Both the position numbers and the translations under genes were made by a program. DNA of 64,000 bases. It comes from Kiritimatiellia bacterium. GTDB taxonomy: Bacteria > Verrucomicrobiota > Kiritimatiellia > JAAZAB01. The notes under the pieces were generated by a model. It was not told the origin of the DNA, ran no database searches, and was given only the letters and a program-made list of their open reading frames with translations. The stretch is from contig JAXGPF010000004.1 in NCBI GenBank assembly GCA_040767085.1, positions 128,001 through 192,000 of the forward strand, in the 5' to 3' direction. Of this stretch, positions 1 through 10,265 are shown one piece after another (position 1 is the stretch's first letter; each line of letters starts with the position of its first letter).

Positions 1-509
1 TTGACGAGGTGGAGCAAACCGCCGCCGCCGTGGAGACCATGCTGCGGACGTTCCACCGCCAGGAGGACTACAAGATCAGCGTGCCGCTGGCGCTGTTGCG
101 CCAGGCGGAAAACACCAAGCGCACGTTTAATATCGTGCTCGGGTCAATTGCCGGCATCAGCCTGCTGGTCGGCGGCATCGGCATCATGAACATCATGCTC
201 GCGTCCGTCACCGAACGCACCCGCGAAATCGGCATCCGGCGCGCCATCGGCGCCAAGCGCGGGCATATTGTCGGGCAATTCCTCATCGAAACGATCGTGC
301 TCTCCATGATTGGCGGGCTGGGCGGGATCGCCCTGGGATTTACCATTCCCTGGCTCATCAGCCAGTTCACCGGCATGCCCACCCTGGTGCCGACCTACGG
401 CATCGTCCTGTCCATCGGCATCAGCCTGGGCGTCGGCATGATCTTCGGCATCTACCCCGCGCGCCGCGCCGCCAATCTCGATCCGATCACCGCCCTGCGG
501 CATGAGTAA
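1..509 (+). CDS. MacB/FtsX-family ABC transporter permease, C-terminal part (5' end outside window)
   Basis: Signature GGIGIMNIMLASVTERTREIGIRRAIGA and C-terminal PARRAANLDPITALRHE. Confidence 0.93.
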   Translation, partial: DEVEQTAAAVETMLRTFHRQEDYKISVPLALLRQAENTKRTFNIVLGSIAGISLLVGGIGIMNIMLASVTERTREIGIRRAIGAKRGHIVGQFLIETIVLSMIGGLGGIALGFTIPWLISQFTGMPTLVPTYGIVLSIGISLGVGMIFGIYPARRAANLDPITALRHE

Positions 510-726
510 GGAGCCCGGCGGGCGGCTTTGCCGGATGGGCCCGTTCCGCCCCCTGCAACACTGCAATTTATCGGGAATGGATGGCGACACACCGATTTGG
601 ATGGCCGGCCGCGACTGGACCGGATCCTGAGTTTTGTCGAAGGGCCGCGGGCGTAGGTTGCTGGCCTGGAGTACCGGAGATTGCTGCTCTGATTTCCCGG
701 GCTTCCGCCTGTGTTCATTCCCGATT

Positions 727-2007
727 TTAATCCGGTATCACCAACTCGAATTCTTCCCAGCTTGCGCGCGGCGTAAAGTCTTTGCGTTCGGCCATCCGCT
801 GCCCATGCGATACCTGGACGGTGTAACCGTATTCGGTACGGTCCAGGCGGCCGTCCCGGCCGGCGGCGATATGGATGTCGGTCAGGATCAAGGCGCCGGT
901 TTCACCCGGCCCCGGGGTGCGGCCGGCGACGCCGGTAATTGCCTGGTAATTGTCGAATTCTCCTGCCGGCATGACGCCGGGCGGGACAATCTTGACCACC
1001 GCGCCCGCCAGCGGCCGCCCGGCGCGGTCGGCGGTCTTGACCACAACATGCCGCTTGGAAACGAAAAAGGCGCCGGGCTGCCCGGAACAGGTCCCCCGAT
1101 CGGCGGCATCGAACTCGCAATCCACGGCCACCAGGCGGCCTTTATGATTCAACGCCCAATCCAGGCGGTTGCCGGCAAAACGGCATTCGCGTAAAACGCC
1201 GTCGCGGGTGACGTCCACGGCCGTGCCGCAATCCTGAAAGGTACAGCCCCGGACCTCCGCCTGGTAAGTGCCGGAGACGGCGACGCCGCATTTTTCAAAA
1301 TGGCTGTTTAAATATGTTCCGCTGCCCAGCATTCGCCCGAACACGCCCTTAACGCCCCGCACCGTGGCGTTGATCAACTCCAGCCGGTCAATCCCGCCCA
1401 TCCAGGCCGTTTCGATCGGCTCATCGCCCCGGCCGGATACCAGGCTGTTGTAAACCAGCAACTGCCCGCCGGCGTTTTTGGAGGAGACGCCGTAAAATCC
1501 GCCTATTACCAGGCGGCAAGGGCCGCGGGCATGTTTTTCCAGCAGCAGCGCGCCATGGATGCCCGGAACATCGGCCACACCCAGTTGCAGCCGGTTGACC
1601 AGGCCGGTCCGGCGCAGCATCCAGAGCTCGGTGGCTTTCCCGGGAGTCAAGTCGCGGTTTTCACCCGCCAGCCAGTTGGGGTACACGCGGAGTTCCCCCT
1701 GCACGATCAGAATTTCATCGGGACAGGCGGCATCGCCGATTTGGAAAAAGGTGCTGCTGCCGTCGTTCCACCCAATGACCAGGTTGGCGGCCACGATGAC
1801 GGTTTTGCCATCGGCATCCGCATGAACGCGCCCCCAGCCGAAAGTCCGGTCAATGCGCGCCAGCATCCGCGGAGTGCAAGGGAAATCCGCCGGGTAATCC
1901 GCCACGTGGATGGTTTCGGTGGCGGGGCAATATTCCACGGCCGGCCGGGCTGGCTGTCCGGCTACGATCATGCTCAATAACACCAGTATCCGGAAGCCGC
2001 TGTTCAT
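727..2007 (-). CDS. Secreted hypothetical protein with probable parallel beta-helix region
   Basis: N-terminal signal-like segment; repeats NSHFEKC / GCTFQDC / ECRFAGN typical of right-handed beta-helices; overlaps upstream gene by 4 nt. Confidence 0.55.
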   Translation of the reverse strand: MNSGFRILVLLSMIVAGQPARPAVEYCPATETIHVADYPADFPCTPRMLARIDRTFGWGRVHADADGKTVIVAANLVIGWNDGSSTFFQIGDAACPDEILIVQGELRVYPNWLAGENRDLTPGKATELWMLRRTGLVNRLQLGVADVPGIHGALLLEKHARGPCRLVIGGFYGVSSKNAGGQLLVYNSLVSGRGDEPIETAWMGGIDRLELINATVRGVKGVFGRMLGSGTYLNSHFEKCGVAVSGTYQAEVRGCTFQDCGTAVDVTRDGVLRECRFAGNRLDWALNHKGRLVAVDCEFDAADRGTCSGQPGAFFVSKRHVVVKTADRAGRPLAGAVVKIVPPGVMPAGEFDNYQAITGVAGRTPGPGETGALILTDIHIAAGRDGRLDRTEYGYTVQVSHGQRMAERKDFTPRASWEEFELVIPD

Positions 2008-5000
2008 GGTTCGAATTCCGTCGGTTCGAGTCCGGATTCAAGTTGCAGGGCGTCGAGGAAGATCGGGCCGGAAGCCTGGATCCGGTCGCCGCCGGCCAGC
2101 AGCAGCATGGCGACGGCTTTATGGTTCCGGTAGCGCGCCGGGATGGTAACCCGCAAATGGTAACGCCGCCAGGTATTGCCGGAGATTTCAACGAATTGCC
2201 GATGCTCGCCTTCGAACATGTCGGACTGGAACCACAACTTGACCGGATCGGCCGATGCCGTCCGCGCGTAAAACGAAAAGACATAGGTTTGGGCCGCGGG
2301 CAGTTGCGGGCCGGTTTTCCAGTAAAGATTGCCGTAGGACCTGGCGATATACAGACATTTTTCGCCATGAAAGGGCTGGTTGGTAGTCAGGCCGACGGCC
2401 GCGCCGGGGGCGCCGATGCGGATGCCCCCGCCCTGGGGCGGACCGTGCGGGATGTAATAATCCGGCCAGCCGGCGACGCTTTCCATCTCAAAACTCGGAT
2501 TCGGCAGAATATTCTTGAAGCCGATCCGGCCCTCGCTGTCATACCCGGATTCCACCGGCCCTTCCGTCCCCTGCGGCGCAATGACGATGGAAATCCGGAC
2601 CGGCCCGCTGCCGGCAATCGCGCTGAAAACATACGAACGCACCCCGCGCGCGGGCAGCGTGTCAACAAACGCTCCATCCTTGATCATGCCGAGTTTTCCG
2701 TCAAACAGGTCGTTCAGGGAGGTGTCCGCCAAGCCCTTGACTGCGGCGGAAATCTCAACCGGGGAGCGCCGGACATTCGCGGCAAGCAGGACATACCGGC
2801 CGTCGGGGAACCGCATCAGGCGGCATTGCACATCCGGAACCTCATCCCGCAGCGGCGCCCAATTGCCGGGGGTATAGGAAATTTCCTGTTCCGGATCGGG
2901 CCCGGCCAGGGCCGGGGTCATGGCGTTGATGCGCTCGGCGACTGTCTTTAATCCCTGCCATTGTCCGGCGGTGTTGATCAATCCGTGTGTGAAATAAATG
3001 ATGCCGCGGGTGCCGTGGATCAATGCCAGGTAGGACTGACAGATTTGTTCCGGGCCGGAAATCATCCGCTTCTGGGACGCGCTCCACAGCGACGACATGG
3101 GGACGGTCCACGGCAGCAAGCCTTTTTCCCGGGCGCGTTTGACCGTGCGCGCCGTCACGCAGGACACCCAGTTGATGCTGCCCCGCGGCGGGTTGCCGCC
3201 GGGAATCCAGTATGGATCGGTGCCCAGCGCATCGGCAAAGTCAGTGTATTTTGCGCCTTCCGGAATTTTGGAGGAATAAATCACAAAGACCGGCCGGTAA
3301 GGATCAACCTCGCGGATGGCGTCAGTCATGCGCGTCAATTCGACCTCCAGGTCGGCTTCCCGGAATTCGGGCGGCTCATCCAGCGTATTGTAGGCCATCA
3401 GGCTCGGCATTTCGCGGATCGCCCTTACATTCGCCAGCATCAGCGGCAGGTGCAGGCCCATCCAGTCCGCGGCGATTTCATTGCGCTGCGCGCGGGTGAG
3501 CCGGTTCCACGGGGTAGCGCCGGCAATGGCCAGGTATTTCCAGTGCAGCAAACCGCGCTCGAGCTTGGCCAGGGCCGCCGCATGTTCCCCGCCGGGAAAA
3601 TACTTTTTCAAACTGGCCATTTCTGCCGCGCGATTGGCGGTTTTTTCCGGACGGACCATCAGCATCAAGCCGTGTTTCCCGGCCAACTCCGCCACCTTGA
3701 CGAAATCGTCGGGAGTCATCGGCTGCGGGTATTTGCCCAGGCCGAGATCGGTCCACCACAAGACCGTGTTGAATCCAGCCGCGGCGATTTCGCGGTATTG
3801 GGCATCGTCCACATCCATGCAGAAACCGAGCGGGAAGAAAGGCTGTCCGTCCCGCAGCAGCATGCCGCCGCGCGCCCGATCAATTTTCCATTCCCGCCCC
3901 GGCGCCGGCGGACATTTGACAAATTCAAAATCCACGTCGAAAATTTTACTCCCGGCGTGATCCTCCAGCGCCAGGTTGAACGCACGGCGGCCGGCCGGAA
4001 TATCCGTGATTGGAAAATTCATGGCGCCTTTGGGCCGGCCAGCCGACTGGCGGGCCAGCGGCTGGCCGGCCTGGCCGCGGATGACAAGGAATTTGCCGGA
4101 CAGGATGTTTTCGGGCATGCCGATTTCGTAAAGCGCGGCGGCGTCGGCTTCGCTGGTGTAATAATTCAGGCGCGTCATGGCGTGCAGGACTTCGAAGCCG
4201 GAGGCATTCCGGATTTGCCAGGTCTGGAACGGCATCCGCGTCCGCGGGTCGAGCAGCACCACGTCAATATCCCGCTGGCCGATCCCCGCCACCGGCACTT
4301 CAACATTCGCCGGAAAAACCTGGCGGGAATTCACGGGAAACAGGCCGGTAAAGCGCCGTTCCGCGCCGGCGGTTTTCTCGATCACCGCCACTTCCACCGT
4401 GCCGGTGGCGGTGGTCATGGCTTGCAAGGTGAGGTTGACGTCATAACACATTTGCCCGTCCGCTTCGCGGAGTTCACCCGCGGTCACACTGCCGGCATTG
4501 ACTACCAGCGGAAAATCCGGCTTCAGCGCGGCATCCAACCCGGTCAACTGCGCCATCTCGGACCGCCTGGTCCATTCGGTGGTTGGCGCGAGTGTGCTGA
4601 CCTGTTCCTCCAAGCCGATTTCCACCGCAAATTGATCATATTTTTTCAACACTTTTTTGCGGAATATGTTCAGCCGCACATCCTTCAAATCGCCGTAGCC
4701 GGCCAGGTCAAACAGGGGAATGGCCAGTTCGGCGGTCCAGCCCGCGGGCGTGACTTGCGTGGCCGAGGGCCAGGAGATGGCGGGTTGCCCGGCCGCGGCG
4801 GAAAGCATGCGCTTGAGTTCATGCGCGTTGTTGAAATTCAGCACGTAACGGAACACCTGGCGGTCATCGTCCAGGCCGGGATTCAGAAATATCTTGATGC
4901 ATTCATCGCCATAAACGTTCCCGCCGAAATTTTCGGTTACCTTGGCGTGCATATCGCCGGCATCCGGGTGCCGGCAGGCGATGGCCAGATAAAGCCATTG

Positions 5001-5258
5001 GCCGTCGGTCAGCATCTGCACCGTCGTATCGGCATTGGGCGTGTAACGCACTTTTTTAAACTCGAAATCGTAAAACGCCGGGCTGACCCAGGCTGTGTCC
5101 CAGCAGGCATCATCCGGAACACCGTCCAGCACCGGCGTGGCATCCGTCAGGGGAACCCGGATTGGCGGCCGGTCAGATGCCCTGGCGGAGAAAATCAGCA
5201 GGGCGGGAAGGAGGGCACAGAAGGCTAGATTGCGGGTGTGCATTTTCATGGTGTTCAT
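2004..5258 (-). CDS. Large secreted carbohydrate-active protein (CBM9-like N-terminus, glycoside-hydrolase-like TIM barrel, CBM4-like C-terminus)
   Basis: PVLDGVPDDACW...WTAELAIP (CBM9-like); DGQPFFPLG, AAAGFNTV, YNTLDEP (GH-like barrel); NILPNPSFE...YVFSFYAR (CBM4/9-like). Start may be 5249. Confidence 0.65.
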   Translation of the reverse strand: MNTMKMHTRNLAFCALLPALLIFSARASDRPPIRVPLTDATPVLDGVPDDACWDTAWVSPAFYDFEFKKVRYTPNADTTVQMLTDGQWLYLAIACRHPDAGDMHAKVTENFGGNVYGDECIKIFLNPGLDDDRQVFRYVLNFNNAHELKRMLSAAAGQPAISWPSATQVTPAGWTAELAIPLFDLAGYGDLKDVRLNIFRKKVLKKYDQFAVEIGLEEQVSTLAPTTEWTRRSEMAQLTGLDAALKPDFPLVVNAGSVTAGELREADGQMCYDVNLTLQAMTTATGTVEVAVIEKTAGAERRFTGLFPVNSRQVFPANVEVPVAGIGQRDIDVVLLDPRTRMPFQTWQIRNASGFEVLHAMTRLNYYTSEADAAALYEIGMPENILSGKFLVIRGQAGQPLARQSAGRPKGAMNFPITDIPAGRRAFNLALEDHAGSKIFDVDFEFVKCPPAPGREWKIDRARGGMLLRDGQPFFPLGFCMDVDDAQYREIAAAGFNTVLWWTDLGLGKYPQPMTPDDFVKVAELAGKHGLMLMVRPEKTANRAAEMASLKKYFPGGEHAAALAKLERGLLHWKYLAIAGATPWNRLTRAQRNEIAADWMGLHLPLMLANVRAIREMPSLMAYNTLDEPPEFREADLEVELTRMTDAIREVDPYRPVFVIYSSKIPEGAKYTDFADALGTDPYWIPGGNPPRGSINWVSCVTARTVKRAREKGLLPWTVPMSSLWSASQKRMISGPEQICQSYLALIHGTRGIIYFTHGLINTAGQWQGLKTVAERINAMTPALAGPDPEQEISYTPGNWAPLRDEVPDVQCRLMRFPDGRYVLLAANVRRSPVEISAAVKGLADTSLNDLFDGKLGMIKDGAFVDTLPARGVRSYVFSAIAGSGPVRISIVIAPQGTEGPVESGYDSEGRIGFKNILPNPSFEMESVAGWPDYYIPHGPPQGGGIRIGAPGAAVGLTTNQPFHGEKCLYIARSYGNLYWKTGPQLPAAQTYVFSFYARTASADPVKLWFQSDMFEGEHRQFVEISGNTWRRYHLRVTIPARYRNHKAVAMLLLAGGDRIQASGPIFLDALQLESGLEPTEFEP

Positions 5259-5553
5259 TTCAGGAGAGCAAATTTCAAAACTTAAGTTTTGAAGTTTAAA
5301 GGTTTACAGTTTTAAGGTTTTACGACATAACACCGAACACTGAACCTTGCTTTCAGCCATCATTGCTTTTAATAAGTATGCTTTTTATTGCCGCTAAGCG
5401 TCAACAAAATTTTATCTGGCGCACTTTATCCGCCGTTTCCCCCGATCATGACAAAGCCGCAAACATTGTTTGACTTGGATTACCGGTTGTTTATGATGGA
5501 GGCCATTTCAAAACTCTGACCCTGCACTGAGGAAATCCGCGCCGCGCCCCGAC

Positions 5554-6867
5554 ATGCCTGCACGAAACCATGCCAACCTGCCGCCGTCCGCGGCGGATTT
5601 CACCCGCGCCGAGTCGCGCCGCGGGATGCGGCACGCCATCATGGCTTCCTGCTGGGGCGCGATTCCCCAGATTCTCCTGCGCGACAGCAGCATCATGATC
5701 CTTTTCGCGACGCTGATCGGCGCGGGCGAGATGATTTCCATCGCCACAACGGCCCTGCTGGACATGGCCCAGGCGCTGCTGATTCTGCCTTTCGGCTATC
5801 TTACCGCCCGGACCGGCAAACGCCGGATGATCATCGGCGCCACGCTGGCAGGCATGGCAGCATTTTTACTGAGCACAACGGCGCCCTGGTTCGGCCCGGC
5901 CGCCGGACTGGCGCTTTTGTTATCCCTCTCCGTCTTCGCGACAACGATCGGCGCCTGTAATTCCGCCTGGTTCCCGCTGCTGGATGACATCGTGCCCCCG
6001 GCGGAACGCGGCCTGTTTTTCGGGAACCTGCGTTTTTCCTGGCAGTTGGTGACGGCGATCTTCGTGCTGGCATCCAGCGCCCTGGTGGGCGCGCGGGCCA
6101 GCGTTTCCATGCTGCAAATGGTCATCGCCGCCGCCGGCCTGGCCCTGCTGGGCCGCGCCTGGCACGTCAGCCGCATGCCGGAAAAACCGGCGCCGCCTCC
6201 CGCTGCCTGGCGGGATGTCATAGCCGATATTCTGGCCAATCAGCGCCTGACCAGTTTCGCGGTTTACCTGTTTTTCCTGTACCTGTCGGCCTCGGCCACC
6301 GTGCCGGTGGCCTTCATGTTCGCCAAGCAGGCGCTGGCGTTGCCGGATAACCTGGTGGTTTTCTGTTCGGCCTGCCTGATGGCCGGCCTGATCATCGGCT
6401 ACCAGGCCGGCGGCCGCCTGGTTTACCGGCATGGCGTCAAACGGGTTTTTCTTTCAGCCCACCTGGCTTTCGCCCTTGTCAATTTCCTGCTGCTGCTGGT
6501 GCGCGACGGCAGTTATCACGCCGTGATCCTGCTGATCAGCCTGATTGCGGCATACGGTTTCTTCACCGCCTGCGCCTCGGTGGCGGTCTCCAGCGAGATT
6601 TTCGCGCTGTCGCCGGCCAATAACAAGATCATGTCCATCGGGTTCGGCGTCAGTTTTTACACCGCCGGCATCGGCCTGTCGCGCATTCTGGCTTCCCTGG
6701 TTATCGGCGGCGGCATACTGGCGCCGCATTGGCGCCTGGGCGGCGCGGTCATGACCAAGTACCACGCGCTTTTTATGGTTTACGGCGCCGGGGTGCTGCT
6801 GGCGACCGCGCTGCTGGCGATTGTCCCGGCCATGATCAAGCATGTGCACCGCCTGCCCCCGACCTGA
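5554..6867 (+). CDS. Major facilitator superfamily transporter
   Basis: About 12 hydrophobic segments; MFS motif-A-like FGYLTARTGKRRMI and GGRLVYRHGVKRVF. Confidence 0.8.
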   Translation: MPARNHANLPPSAADFTRAESRRGMRHAIMASCWGAIPQILLRDSSIMILFATLIGAGEMISIATTALLDMAQALLILPFGYLTARTGKRRMIIGATLAGMAAFLLSTTAPWFGPAAGLALLLSLSVFATTIGACNSAWFPLLDDIVPPAERGLFFGNLRFSWQLVTAIFVLASSALVGARASVSMLQMVIAAAGLALLGRAWHVSRMPEKPAPPPAAWRDVIADILANQRLTSFAVYLFFLYLSASATVPVAFMFAKQALALPDNLVVFCSACLMAGLIIGYQAGGRLVYRHGVKRVFLSAHLAFALVNFLLLLVRDGSYHAVILLISLIAAYGFFTACASVAVSSEIFALSPANNKIMSIGFGVSFYTAGIGLSRILASLVIGGGILAPHWRLGGAVMTKYHALFMVYGAGVLLATALLAIVPAMIKHVHRLPPT

Positions 6868-6961
6868 TTTTGCGGGCGGCGATGCCGCCCCGCCTCTTTA
6901 CGTTTTACGTTTTTGCCGTGTGATTCGGGGATTCCATTGCGCGTATTGCAGGCAGCCGGAT

Positions 6962-6984
6962 GCCGAACACCGTTCGGCCCCTAC
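6962..6984 (-). repeat. GTAG-type REP-like palindrome
   Basis: Minus strand reads GTAGGG-GCCGAAC-GGT-GTTCGGC: GTAG tetranucleotide plus a 7-bp stem, intergenic. Confidence 0.6.
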
Positions 6985-7023
6985 AGCCACCTGGTTGATC
7001 ATGCCGTAAAAAAGCAAAAACAG

Positions 7024-7078
7024 TTGCATTCCGCGGCGCGCATGCTAGAATGACTTTGTTTCTACTTGTAGTAGCATG
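7024..7078 (+). promoter_or_regulatory. Predicted sigma70 promoter of trpR-trpB2 with candidate operator
   Basis: TTGCAT (7024-7029), 16 nt, TAGAAT (7046-7051) with upstream TG; inverted repeats CATGCTA/TAGCATG (7041-7047/7072-7078) and CTACT-TGT-AGTAG (7062-7074). Confidence 0.5.
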
Positions 7079-7094
7079 GCGGAGAACGGACAAC

Positions 7095-7379
7095 ATGGGC
7101 GTGGATGACCTGCGCGAAATCGCCGAAGTGCTCGCGGAAATGCGCCGGCCGGCGGAAGTGCGCGACTGGCTGCAGGCCTTGTTGACGCCCCGCGAACGGG
7201 AGCGCCTCTGCCTGCGCTGGCGCCTGGTATGCCTGCTCGCGGACGGCGTGCCGCAGCGGGAAATTGCCAAACGGCTGGGGATCAGCTTGTGTAAAATCAC
7301 CCGCGGCTCGCGGGAAATCCAGCGCGGCCCCGGCCTGTTCCGCCGGATGGTGCAGCTCCGCGCTGCGTCGCGGCGATAA
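7095..7379 (+). CDS. trpR: Trp repressor family protein
   Basis: [46 protein letters not shown] matches the TrpR HTH; GGAG upstream of ATG 7095; directly before trpB2. Confidence 0.85.
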   Translation: MGVDDLREIAEVLAEMRRPAEVRDWLQALLTPRERERLCLRWRLVCLLADGVPQREIAKRLGISLCKITRGSREIQRGPGLFRRMVQLRAASRR

Positions 7380-7411
7380 AATTTATTCAACCAAACACGA
7401 GGAGCCGGAAA

Positions 7412-8782
7412 ATGAGCGAAGACGTGAAAGTATTCCTGAGCGAAGACGAAATGCCGCGGCAGTGGTACAACATCCAGGCGGACTTGCCGCACCCCCTGCC
7501 GCCGCCGCTGAAGAAAGACGGCAGCCCGGTCGGACCGGACGACCTGGCGCCGGTCTTCCCCATGAATATCATCGAGCAGGAAGTCAGCCGGGAACGCTGG
7601 ATTGACATTCCCGAACCGGTGCTTGAAAAACTGCGCATCTGGCGCCCCAGCCCGCTCTGCCGGGCCGTCAACCTGGAAAAAGCCCTCAGCACTCCGGCTA
7701 AAATTTTTTACAAGAACGAAGGTCTCTCCCCCGCCGGCAGCCACAAGGGCAATACCGCCGTGGCCCAGGCCTATTACAACAAGGCGTTCGGCATCAAGCG
7801 CATCACCACGGAAACTGGCGCCGGCCAGTGGGGCAGCGCCCTCGCCATGGCCTGCCAGATGTTCGGCCTGGAATGCAAGGTATACATGGTGGGCATCAGT
7901 TTTCACCAGAAACCCTTTCGGAAAATGCTGATGCGGGTGTGGGGCGCGGATTGCGTACCCAGCCCGAGCCGCGACACTCAATCCGGCCGCGCAATTCTGG
8001 AACAAACACCCGATACCCCGGGCAGCCTGGCCATTGCGATCAGCGAAGCCATCGAAGACGCTGTGACGTCCAAGAACACCCGTTATTCGCTGGGCAGTGT
8101 TCTGAACCACGTGCTGTTGCATCAAAGCATCATCGGTCTGGAAGCCCAGAAACAGTTCAAAAAAATCGGGCTTTACCCGGACGTGGTGATCGGCTGCGTC
8201 GGCGGCGGGTCGAACTTCGCCGGCATCACTTTCCCGTTCATCTGCGACAAGATTCACGGACGCGACGTGCGCCTGGTGGCGGTGGAACCTACAGCCTGCC
8301 CGACCCTGACCCGCGGCCCGTTCGTTTACGATGCCGGCGATGTGGCCATGATGACGCCGCTGCTGGCGATGCACAGCCTGGGCCACAGTTTCGTGCCAGC
8401 CGCCATCCATGCCGGCGGGCTGCGCTACCATGGCATGGCGCCGCTGGTCAGCCACGTTGTGCGCGAGGGATTGGCCGAAGCCTGCGCCATCCAGCAGTTG
8501 GAATGTTATGAAGCCGCCATGCTCTGGTCGCGCACGGAAGGTTTCATTCCTGCGCCGGAAACTTCCCACGCCATCGCCGCGGCCATCCGGGAAGCCAAAC
8601 AAGCCCAGGCCGAAGGCCGTGAACGCGTAATCCTCCTGAACTGGTCCGGGCACGGCTTGATGGATCTTACCGGCTACGAAGCGTATCTGGACGGCAAATT
8701 GAGCAATTACACCCTGCCGGAAGCCGACCTGCAAAAATCCCTGCACAAATTGGAAGGCCTGCCGAAACCGCCGCCGCTGTGA
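7412..8782 (+). CDS. trpB2: Tryptophan synthase beta chain 2 (TrpB-like PLP enzyme)
   Basis: [45 protein letters not shown] motifs; 456 aa. Confidence 0.95.
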   Translation: MSEDVKVFLSEDEMPRQWYNIQADLPHPLPPPLKKDGSPVGPDDLAPVFPMNIIEQEVSRERWIDIPEPVLEKLRIWRPSPLCRAVNLEKALSTPAKIFYKNEGLSPAGSHKGNTAVAQAYYNKAFGIKRITTETGAGQWGSALAMACQMFGLECKVYMVGISFHQKPFRKMLMRVWGADCVPSPSRDTQSGRAILEQTPDTPGSLAIAISEAIEDAVTSKNTRYSLGSVLNHVLLHQSIIGLEAQKQFKKIGLYPDVVIGCVGGGSNFAGITFPFICDKIHGRDVRLVAVEPTACPTLTRGPFVYDAGDVAMMTPLLAMHSLGHSFVPAAIHAGGLRYHGMAPLVSHVVREGLAEACAIQQLECYEAAMLWSRTEGFIPAPETSHAIAAAIREAKQAQAEGRERVILLNWSGHGLMDLTGYEAYLDGKLSNYTLPEADLQKSLHKLEGLPKPPPL

Positions 8783-8897
8783 TTAGTCGTGTGATTTGCT
8801 GTTGACTTTTGCGGGCGCGACGGCAGAATATGCTCCAATCAATGGACTTGGCGCGCCGGCGCCATGCCTGCACAAACAACGGAAGGATGCTGTAACA

Positions 8898-9053
8898 ATG
8901 TCTCAACATGCCAGTTTGAAGGCGGCCAACAAAATTGTCACCAAACGCAACGTGCTGAAGCGTTTCGAACGCGTGGATTTACTGCGCGCCCGCGGAAAAT
9001 GGAAAGATGGCGACCGGGGCTTGGGCCTGCCGAAGACCAAACCCCAGGAATAA
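8898..9053 (+). CDS. Small basic protein of the PVC-superphylum type
   Basis: MSQHASLK...KRNVLKRFERVDLL...GKWKDGDRGLGLPKTK, 51 aa, recognised as the Chlamydia/Verrucomicrobia small basic protein family; AGGA upstream. Confidence 0.85.
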   Translation: MSQHASLKAANKIVTKRNVLKRFERVDLLRARGKWKDGDRGLGLPKTKPQE

Positions 9054-9098
9054 ATCCGCCCGCGTGAAACGCGCGCCGATCGTTCCGAGGCTTACCCA

Positions 9099-10040
9099 AT
9101 GCGTGCCAAGCAAGTCATCCTGTTGCTGTCGGCGTGTCTGGTCTGCGCGACCGCGCTGGCGGAGTCCGGCGCGGAAGAGCAGTTGACCGTCCTGCGCCAG
9201 AATGTCAACCTGCGCGCCAAGCCTTCCATCGCCGCGGAGGTTGTGGCCCAGGTTTCCGCGCCGGAAAAATTAACGGTCAAAAGCGTAACCGACGAATGGG
9301 TGGAAGTGCTGCCGCCGCCGCATGCCGAATTATGGGTCCTGGGCGATTACGTCCGGGATGGCGTCATCCAGTGCAACACCCGGGTGAACGTGCGCGCCGG
9401 CGCCGGCATCAATTTCAATATTGTCGGCCAACTCACCAACGGTGCCGCCGTCAGCGTGCGCGGCACGCATGCCGACTGGATAAAAATCGCCCCGCCGGAA
9501 TCCACTTCCCTCTGGGTCGCCAGGTCCATGGTGGAATTAGCCCCGGCGGGCACGGCGGAAAGCGCCGCAACGGAAAGCGCCGCGGCGGTCGAAGCCGCGC
9601 CGGCGCCGGAACCGCCCCCGCCGACGGACGAACCGCGGCCGGAAGCTCCTCCGACCCCGGCCGCCCCACTCCCGACCCTGCCGCCGCCGGCGCCGGCTTC
9701 GGAACCTTTACTGCCGTCGCCCCCCCCAGCTCCGCATGCGGCGCCGGCATTAGTCAAGCCGCCGGCGGATCTGGATCTGCATCCCGCCAAGCCCCAGGGG
9801 CAATGGCGGCAGTACGAGGGAGTGCTGCGGCCGCGCAATTTCATTTTCGGCGCGCCCAGCCGGTACCGCCTGGCGCAAGACCGCGCCGGCGTGGAAGCCA
9901 CCATCTGCCACGTGCGCGGCAACGAAGCGCAATTGCGCGCGCTGCTGAACCGGCGCATGGTCATCAGCGGCCGCGAATACTGGGTGAAACGCCCGGACAC
10001 CCATCCCGTGCTGGTGCCGGAACGGATCGTGCTCAAGTAA
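9099..10040 (+). CDS. Secreted SH3b-domain protein with Pro-rich linker
   Basis: Two SH3b repeats (VNLRAKPS, VNVRAGAG...W.KI), signal peptide, Pro/Ala linker. Confidence 0.8.
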   Translation: MRAKQVILLLSACLVCATALAESGAEEQLTVLRQNVNLRAKPSIAAEVVAQVSAPEKLTVKSVTDEWVEVLPPPHAELWVLGDYVRDGVIQCNTRVNVRAGAGINFNIVGQLTNGAAVSVRGTHADWIKIAPPESTSLWVARSMVELAPAGTAESAATESAAAVEAAPAPEPPPPTDEPRPEAPPTPAAPLPTLPPPAPASEPLLPSPPPAPHAAPALVKPPADLDLHPAKPQGQWRQYEGVLRPRNFIFGAPSRYRLAQDRAGVEATICHVRGNEAQLRALLNRRMVISGREYWVKRPDTHPVLVPERIVLK

Positions 10041-10047
10041 GCGCCCG

Positions 10048-10249
10048 TCCGGGCGAGCCGCCAGGGCTGCGTCATTCTCAGAACAGACGGCTCCGTCGGA
10101 GACGTCGCCCTACCTTCAGCAGATTCCCCGGGTGGGGCGAGACCTCCGGGCGAGCCGCCAGGTAGAAGGGCGAGACCCCGCTCATAGCGGGGTAAACCGC
10201 CGGCTTGTCCCGCCTGGCGCGGGGGCGAGCCGCCGAGAATGACGCAGCC
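10048..10249. repeat. Cluster of REP-like elements between convergent genes
   Basis: TCCGGGCGAGCCGCCAGG at 10048 and 10145, GGGCGAGCCGCC at 10223; GGTAGGGCGACGTCTCCGACGGAGCCG on the minus strand; 15-bp inverted repeat 10065-10079/10235-10249. Confidence 0.7.
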
Positions 10250-10265
10250 GTGGCGGCGCCGCCAA

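Noticed and set aside
2961-5228. Long antisense ORFs (also 6905-8746, 15858-17396, 45345-47546)
   Set aside because: Shadow frames of real genes, expected from high-GC codon bias.
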